Below the pieces are notes generated by a model. That model searched no databases, had not been told where the DNA came from, and saw nothing but the letters and a program-made list of their open reading frames with translations. 64,000 nt of DNA, taken from an uncultured virus (IMG/VR IMGVR_UViG_3300042295_000410) (lineage: Duplodnaviria; Heunggongvirae; Uroviricota; Caudoviricetes). Location: the IMG/VR virus record IMGVR_UViG_3300042295_000410. One strand, 5' to 3'. Shown here piece after piece: positions 58,467-64,000 of this stretch (position 1 is the first letter of the stretch; each line of letters opens with the position of its first letter). The position numbers and the translations under genes are program-made.

Positions 58467-58871
58467 ATGAGAGCACGTCAGTTTATTGTTGAAGGCGCAG
58501 AGGAAAATGCCAACGTTGTGGAAATGTTTCAAAAGTTTCTACCTCTAGCTATGGAGATCCTTGAAATAGATCAGTTGCCTAAGATGCAGTTTGCCCCGGA
58601 TCTAAATACAGGCGAGCAGCCCAGCTTTGGTGCATACGTGCCGAGTGAGAATATGCTGTTAGTTGCCTTAAAGAACCGTCACCCTGTTGACATACTGAGA
58701 ACAGTGGCACACGAGCTGGTTCATTACAAACAAGATCAGCAAGGTGAGCTAACGGATACTAGTGGTGAAACAGGTAGTCCGCATGAAAATCAAGCACATG
58801 AGATAGCAGGAGTTATTATGCGTAACTTCAATAAACGATATCCTAACTATCTAAGAAGCAAGCCACTATAA
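58467..58871 (+). CDS. HExxH zinc metallopeptidase-like protein
   Basis: LRTVAHELVHYKQ...E.QA. Confidence 0.75.
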   Translation: MRARQFIVEGAEENANVVEMFQKFLPLAMEILEIDQLPKMQFAPDLNTGEQPSFGAYVPSENMLLVALKNRHPVDILRTVAHELVHYKQDQQGELTDTSGETGSPHENQAHEIAGVIMRNFNKRYPNYLRSKPL

Positions 58872-58897
58872 AAAAAGGACCCGAAGGTCCTTTTTTA
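58870..58897. terminator. bidirectional intrinsic terminator
   Basis: AAAAAAAGGACC-CGAA-GGTCCTTTTTT. Confidence 0.9.
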
Positions 58898-58944
58898 TTT
58901 TCTAGTATATTATTTTATGGGCTATGCCCTAATATTATTATAAA

Positions 58945-59214
58945 TTATTTCTTGGCGCCAGCGTTGACAAATGCGTACATTTTTTCTGCTGTTTCAAGAA
59001 CTTTGTCTAGTCCTGGAAAAGTCGGCATTGCAACAGTACTGACGATCTGACCAGTCTTCTCGTCACGAGTAGCAGTCATTTCCCAGCCTTGAAATTTAGC
59101 ATGGAAATCTTCTTGTACTAGGCTTTTTGCCATGCCTAGAATGTCTGTACGGATTTCGTAGCCGTTCTTATTAAATTTAACTTCTGGTAGCTTTGGTGTA
59201 TTAAAGTCTGTCAT
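58945..59214 (-). CDS. hypothetical protein (NKNGYEIRTDIL.MAK family)
   Basis: AGGA SD; start revised. Confidence 0.85.
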   Translation of the reverse strand: MTDFNTPKLPEVKFNKNGYEIRTDILGMAKSLVQEDFHAKFQGWEMTATRDEKTGQIVSTVAMPTFPGLDKVLETAEKMYAFVNAGAKK

Positions 59215-59236
59215 ATTTTTTTCCTGTATGTGTGTA

Positions 59237-59491
59237 TTAAGCCTTAGTAGTGGCTTTTTCTTTAGTCTGTGGAAATGCCTTGTTGGCAAAAGAATCCACG
59301 GAATACTTGGCAAGATCAGCGAAGTTCTTAGACAACATCTTGGCAAATGTAGTCTGAGCATCGATGTATTGGTGTGCCGCTTTGTTCAATGTAGGATCAG
59401 TGATGATCTTATCTGTTAAACCACGCTTGGTAGTTTGAAACGCATCGATCTGTGCCTCGAGCGTAAAGTATGGTGCAAATGCTGAAAACAT
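59237..59491 (-). CDS. helical protein, weakly phasin-like
   Basis: AAGGAG SD; amphipathic Ala/Lys/Gln-rich helices. Confidence 0.6.
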   Translation of the reverse strand: MFSAFAPYFTLEAQIDAFQTTKRGLTDKIITDPTLNKAAHQYIDAQTTFAKMLSKNFADLAKYSVDSFANKAFPQTKEKATTKA

Positions 59492-59597
59492 ATTTTTCTC
59501 CTTGTGTGTATGTTTGTATAAGCAGTATCATTACTGCCTAAGTATTTATTATATAGATCTTGTTACGCTGTGTAAAGCGATCTGACAAAATACGATA

Positions 59598-59720
59598 TTA
59601 CTTGCCAGCCAGTAATGTCTGTGCTTCTTTGTGCATGCCTGCACGAACCATAGCAGAAGCAGCACGAGCTTGACCAATGCTTAGGCCAATTTCGTATAGA
59701 ATGTTTAGTAATTTTTTCAT
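59598..59720 (-). CDS. 40-aa protein (MKKLLNILYEIGLSIGQARAASAMVRAGMHKEAQTLLAGK)
   Basis: Manual translation; ATGA overlap; AAGGA SD. Confidence 0.7.
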   Translation of the reverse strand: MKKLLNILYEIGLSIGQARAASAMVRAGMHKEAQTLLAGK

Positions 59721-59893
59721 AGATAGTTTTCCTTTTGAGAATTAAATTGTCGGACGTAAGTTTCCAACTGTGCGGCATCGGTAATGCCTTTGGTGCTTAG
59801 ATATGCGTCTAAGCGGCTTTGATAACTAGATCCCGGAAACATCTCACTTAAACGTTCCATTAGTCCTAGCATAAATTCTGATATAATTTTCAT
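59717..59893 (-). CDS. 58-aa DUF3563-like protein (..ERLSEMFP..SYQSRLDAYLS......AQLE)
   Basis: Manual translation; GAGGA SD; TATAAATA upstream. Confidence 0.65.
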   Translation of the reverse strand: MKIISEFMLGLMERLSEMFPGSSYQSRLDAYLSTKGITDAAQLETYVRQFNSQKENYL

Positions 59894-60043
59894 ATTTTTT
59901 CCTCTGTAAGTGTGGGTAGACTCATGGTTTCTACTGACTCTGTATTTATATATTAGTGTTTCTACTGAGTTAAAACAAGATAGTATTTTACCAAAATATC
60001 TATTATACTTTATTTGAAACTAAATATTGCAAAGGATACTAAC

Positions 60044-60343
60044 TTGAAAAGAGCCACAAAAAGCCTATTAGAAGAACTAAATTCAATTACGCTTAAGAAA
60101 GACGGCGAAGCTATTGTAGAAAGTAGAGCTGCTCATGTCATTAATAGCGCAATTAATCTTTTAGCAATCATTAAGGAAAATTTCCCACCTGAGCAGGCGT
60201 ATGAGTTAGAGCGGCGCCTCTTAAACAGCATCAAAGCAGGTGATCCTACTAAATTTACTAGGGGTATACGTAAGTTACGTGATAGTAAAGAAACTGCTAA
60301 AGGGTTAAAAGTTATCGAGGGTGACCTAAAAGATGACGATTAA
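60044..60343 (+). CDS. conserved hypothetical late protein
   Basis: AAGGA SD before TTG; TAAATA at ~60021. Confidence 0.75.
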   Translation: MKRATKSLLEELNSITLKKDGEAIVESRAAHVINSAINLLAIIKENFPPEQAYELERRLLNSIKAGDPTKFTRGIRKLRDSKETAKGLKVIEGDLKDDD

Positions 60344-60436
60344 TCAGTCATTTGAGTAAATTTTTTTCAAAGAGACTAAATAAAAACATAACGAGCTCCA
60401 TAGGGGAGTTCAAAAACGATTAAGGAGACCATTAAA

Positions 60437-60841
60437 ATGGCAACATTAACAAACAAAAACGAAAAGGTAGTAGCACCTTTTTACAAGAACGGCGTAACAC
60501 TACAGTTCTTCCAAATTGACTTCGGCGCAGACGTATCTGCAATGTTCGATTCTGACCCAGTTGGATTCCCAAATGCTCCACGCAGCCCAGTTGCTGTTGC
60601 TCTAGAAGCAATTGCACAAGTTGCTAGCATCGAAATTATCGGTGCAGGTGATGCAACTGGCGGTGCTGGTAATGGCCTACGTATTGCTGTTGCAGCAATC
60701 GGCGGTGCATACGGTGCTGACACATATGACGGTACAAACAGCGAAGCTTTCGCTGTTCACCTAGAAGACCTAGTTATTGCCGCTGGTACACACCAGGGTG
60801 TTAACCTTGCAAATGCTACCGTAGTTGCTTACGCACTATAA
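60437..60841 (+). CDS. putative highly expressed virion protein
   Basis: TAAATA, AAGGAG SD, biased codon use, own terminator. Confidence 0.65.
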   Translation: MATLTNKNEKVVAPFYKNGVTLQFFQIDFGADVSAMFDSDPVGFPNAPRSPVAVALEAIAQVASIEIIGAGDATGGAGNGLRIAVAAIGGAYGADTYDGTNSEAFAVHLEDLVIAAGTHQGVNLANATVVAYAL

Positions 60842-60860
60842 TCTAATTACTTAGATAAGA

Positions 60861-60890
60861 GAAGGACGTTTTTTAGCGTCCTTTTTCTTT
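60861..60890 (+). terminator. intrinsic terminator
   Basis: AAGGACG-loop-CGTCCTTTTTCTTT. Confidence 0.85.
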
Positions 60891-60922
60891 GACATAAATA
60901 TCTGTAATTAAATAGGTACTTT

Positions 60923-61348
60923 ATGCAAACCATCGAAATTCAAACACTTGTAGACATTACAGACACTAAAGTCGCTAGACCCAATCAAGGATCTGTTCTA
61001 GCACACGATCAATATCGAAACTTTACAACACTGAGACAATGTGTTGAGATTAGATCTATTATCAGCTATGACGCTAGTCCAACTGTGGAAACAGTCGACA
61101 TCAAGGATCTAGGATTTGGATCACAATACAAGGGCAAACACAGGGTATGGACATTCCGATTCTATCCAGATCGTAGTGGGGCTTACATAGAAGGAAACAA
61201 CGAAGTTGGCGCACTACTCGACGATGTCAACGGAGTCCCCGTTATCCAAAAATTGACAGAAACTATAAATATGGATACGGCCATGTTTGAGTTAAAAAAC
61301 GCCGCCACTAAAAATACCATCATCAAGGCAATCCAAGGCAATAACTAA
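60923..61348 (+). CDS. hypothetical late protein (TLVDIT...NF.T..Q...RS)
   Basis: ORF with TAAATA upstream. Confidence 0.8.
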   Translation: MQTIEIQTLVDITDTKVARPNQGSVLAHDQYRNFTTLRQCVEIRSIISYDASPTVETVDIKDLGFGSQYKGKHRVWTFRFYPDRSGAYIEGNNEVGALLDDVNGVPVIQKLTETINMDTAMFELKNAATKNTIIKAIQGNN

Positions 61349-61386
61349 GTAGTAAGTTTCAGTTTTAAAAATTAAGGAGAGCCTCA

Positions 61387-61692
61387 ATGGCAACAACAGT
61401 AGAGCGACTTGGTATAGTAGAGACCAAGGTCACTAACTTAGATGAAAAATTAGACAATCTTAAAGTCGATGTAAAAGAAATGCACGATTGTCTAGATAAA
61501 ACTCGTGATGAACTAGGAGTTAAACTTGATACTATGTATCAGGCCAGTTGCCAGCAGCACGAGGAACTGGCTAAAAAAATATCTGCCATGGAAAGATTAA
61601 AAGACAGGTGGATGTATACGTTTGCCGGCGGAATGATAGTATTAGGTTGGGCAACAGCACATGCTGACACTATCTTAAAATTTATAAAATAA
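61387..61692 (+). CDS. coiled-coil protein with C-terminal TM helix
   Basis: Heptad pattern followed by hydrophobic segment; AAGGAG SD. Confidence 0.75.
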   Translation: MATTVERLGIVETKVTNLDEKLDNLKVDVKEMHDCLDKTRDELGVKLDTMYQASCQQHEELAKKISAMERLKDRWMYTFAGGMIVLGWATAHADTILKFIK

Positions 61693-61693
61693 C

Positions 61694-62110
61694 ATGCGTA
61701 TATTCGAACTTCTAGAGCAGATTCAACCAATTGGCAGTGTGGGCTCAACTGCAGGCACTCCTGGTCAGGTTCCTCAAGTTAGTCAATCATCTGCACCGAC
61801 CAATACTGATAATAAGGCAACCACAAATCCCGATCAAGAAAAGATGGCCAAGTTGTTGATGCCACAGGGTATTACAAACCCGGAAGATCTAAACAATGCC
61901 ACATCCGCTCTGCAAGTTGCCATGCAGAATCCTAAACAATTAAGGCCTGATCAGCAAGAGCTGTTAGGTAAACTAGTTAATCCTATGATGAAGAATCAAG
62001 GATTTGCAACTGCTCTAAAACAATTATCTGCACAAAAGCCAGGTCAGCCAATGGGACAAAAGCCTGCTACCCTGCCAGGCCAAACAACTCCTGCACAGGG
62101 AACAATGTAA
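61694..62110 (+). CDS. Gln/Pro-rich hypothetical protein (MRIFELLE)
   Basis: ORF in late operon. Confidence 0.75.
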   Translation: MRIFELLEQIQPIGSVGSTAGTPGQVPQVSQSSAPTNTDNKATTNPDQEKMAKLLMPQGITNPEDLNNATSALQVAMQNPKQLRPDQQELLGKLVNPMMKNQGFATALKQLSAQKPGQPMGQKPATLPGQTTPAQGTM

Positions 62111-62111
62111 T

Positions 62112-62321
62112 ATGAAAATTGCACAACTTTTAGACGGTGTTTCAATTGCACTTACAAATGAAGAACAAAAATTTGTAAAGCGTTTCCCTGAAGCCACTAT
62201 CAACGCACTAGACGAGCGAGATAAATGGATTGCTCAGAACCTTGTACGCAAGGGCATCTATGAACTAAGTAATGACAGCCGATCAATTATAAAGAAATTA
62301 GATGAAAATAACTTCAGATGA
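62112..62321 (+). CDS. hypothetical protein
   Basis: ORF in operon. Confidence 0.75.
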   Translation: MKIAQLLDGVSIALTNEEQKFVKRFPEATINALDERDKWIAQNLVRKGIYELSNDSRSIIKKLDENNFR

Positions 62322-62772
62322 AATTTATTTAAAGATTCAACAAATCAGCACTGATGTTAAGGAAACACTTAAACGTCAGGGCATTGTTGTTCCTGTAAAG
62401 AAACGTGATGGATCTATTCAAATAGGTTCGTACAGCATCAAAAAAGAAGGGTCTGGATTTTACTCCATACTGGATTTTAAAAATGAAGTTATACTTAATC
62501 GTATAAACTTACCGCAAACCGCAGCAATACAGGCCAACAGGTTAGCACTGGGCAAGTATATAGATGACAATATAATGCAGGCAGATACAAAATATGGCCA
62601 TGCACATTTCGATGAAGAATTGCATACTCATTTAGCTGAGCGCAGCCTAGGTAAAAAAGACCTAGACAAAGCCGAAATGATGTACACAAAGTCAATTATT
62701 GCAAGACACAAAAAGAATCAGCACATGTTTGAAGTTAAGAAAGTCTTCGAGAAACTAATGCGGTTTAGATAA
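62302..62772 (+). CDS. hypothetical protein
   Basis: ORF in operon. Confidence 0.75.
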   Translation: MKITSDEIYLKIQQISTDVKETLKRQGIVVPVKKRDGSIQIGSYSIKKEGSGFYSILDFKNEVILNRINLPQTAAIQANRLALGKYIDDNIMQADTKYGHAHFDEELHTHLAERSLGKKDLDKAEMMYTKSIIARHKKNQHMFEVKKVFEKLMRFR

Positions 62773-62802
62773 ATAAATTTAACCAATTCTTTCGGAACCA
62801 CT

Positions 62803-64000
62803 ATGAAGACAACAGATTTTTCAGCTACAATTACTAGTTTTAAACTAAAGGAAAACATGAATAAAATGTTTGGCCTTAACGTTCATCTTGACAAATATGA
62901 CAGAGAGCAGCTAGAAGATATGCGTAACAAACTACGCACAAGGGTGTTCCAACAAGAAGGACGTGCAGGTATTAACGATCTGCTAACTAACGAAACATAC
63001 CAAAAAGACAAGGCCATGTTGGACTTGCTCAACACAAGGATTAAAGAAATGCTAGGTGAAGACATCAAAAAACTACGTGACAAAATGACAGAGCTAAGTG
63101 AAGCTAAAAAGGGCGTCAAAGCACCTAAGTACAAGATTCACTCACAGGGTACCTCTGCTAAAGACTACGACGGCGATGGCAAGAAAGAAAGCCCTAAGGA
63201 CGAAGTCTGGGGTAGTCGTGCTAAAGCTGCTGCCAAGTCAGGCAAGCCATTTGAAGAAGGTAAAGGATCTAAGCCAGACTTCCTCGACATGGACAAAGAC
63301 GGTAATAAAAAAGAACCGATGAAGAAAGCCGTTAAAGACAAAAAAGTCAAAGAAGGTTTCCCAACTGTTGACGATGCTAAGAAAGCAGCCGCTGGTACAG
63401 CCAGTATGAAAGCAGGCGAGAAGAAGAAGTCAAGCACAGGTGGCGAGATTACTAAAACTGCTACAGGTCTAAAGCACACAGCAGGCAAGAACTACGGTGG
63501 TAAGGATGCTCCTAAAGCACCAGACAGCGATAAGAAAGCTAAGAAGGCTATGAAAGAAAGCCAATTTAACCACAACGTTCACTTTGTAAATGAGAGCCTA
63601 CAGTTCTTATTGCAAGAAGACGAAGAAGGCAAGGCCAAGGCTATCACAGCCGCAGGCGACATGGTCAATGACTTTACAAGTTGGATGCAACGTGTTGGTC
63701 AATATCAGACAAAGACAATGATTGAATTGGCTGATGCTATCAAGGCAGACTTTGGAGCACAAGAAGCAGAAGCATTCAAGGCATCCGTAGGCCCGGCACT
63801 GAGCGCAACACTAGAAGTATTGACACAACAGCGTGAAGCAGTAAGCGGCGCAGTTGCAGTGTTGGCAGGCGAAGCTACTCCAGACATGGGCAATATGGGA
63901 ATGGAGCCAGGCATGGACGCAGGTATGCCAACAGATGATCCAAGCATGGATATTGCGGCACCAGACGATATGAATGCACCTGCACCGGCCGGTGACGAGT
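62803..64000 (+). CDS. large charged protein, possible scaffold or internal head protein; runs off window
   Basis: Open from ATG 62803 to the window end; DYDGDG and DMDKDG motifs; TAAATA upstream; absent from ORF track because it is incomplete. Confidence 0.75.
   Translation, partial: MKTTDFSATITSFKLKENMNKMFGLNVHLDKYDREQLEDMRNKLRTRVFQQEGRAGINDLLTNETYQKDKAMLDLLNTRIKEMLGEDIKKLRDKMTELSEAKKGVKAPKYKIHSQGTSAKDYDGDGKKESPKDEVWGSRAKAAAKSGKPFEEGKGSKPDFLDMDKDGNKKEPMKKAVKDKKVKEGFPTVDDAKKAAAGTASMKAGEKKKSSTGGEITKTATGLKHTAGKNYGGKDAPKAPDSDKKAKKAMKESQFNHNVHFVNESLQFLLQEDEEGKAKAITAAGDMVNDFTSWMQRVGQYQTKTMIELADAIKADFGAQEAEAFKASVGPALSATLEVLTQQREAVSGAVAVLAGEATPDMGNMGMEPGMDAGMPTDDPSMDIAAPDDMNAPAPAGDE

Overview
A 64 kb segment of a large tailed dsDNA phage, T4-superfamily-like in its regulatory grammar. 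A betaproteobacterial host is weakly suggested by the IF-1, ErpA and DUF3563-like genes. Four zones: (1) 1-9.7 kb, a minus-strand early region of small genes organised as cassettes behind ~20 near-consensus sigma70 promoters, with tRNA-Arg(UCU) and a promoter-driven structured RNA candidate. (2) 9.7-10.5 kb, a non-coding zone with a second RNA candidate, hairpins and direct repeats. (3) 10.5-28.8 kb, glycosyltransferases, putative virion proteins, four radical SAM enzymes, methyltransferases, SleB hydrolase, ErpA, an unlisted Cys-rich metallothionein-like gene, DNA ligase, IF-1 and an HNH nuclease. (4) 28.8-64 kb, late genes behind TAAATA motifs: collagen, Ig, LamG and Gly-rich fibre proteins, a four-domain glycosyltransferase/FkbM protein and probable internal head proteins. 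The most notable observations are two independently promoted, highly structured RNA candidates (6672-6854 and 9827-10041), a two-gene island strongly depleted of GA/TC and TGA/TCA whose promoters have also lost TTGACA, two recurring operator-like boxes in early promoters, widespread leaderless gene starts, and a recombination scar at the end of the LamG fibre gene. All counts and structures were read by eye. No database search or folding program was run, and family assignments come from motif recognition.
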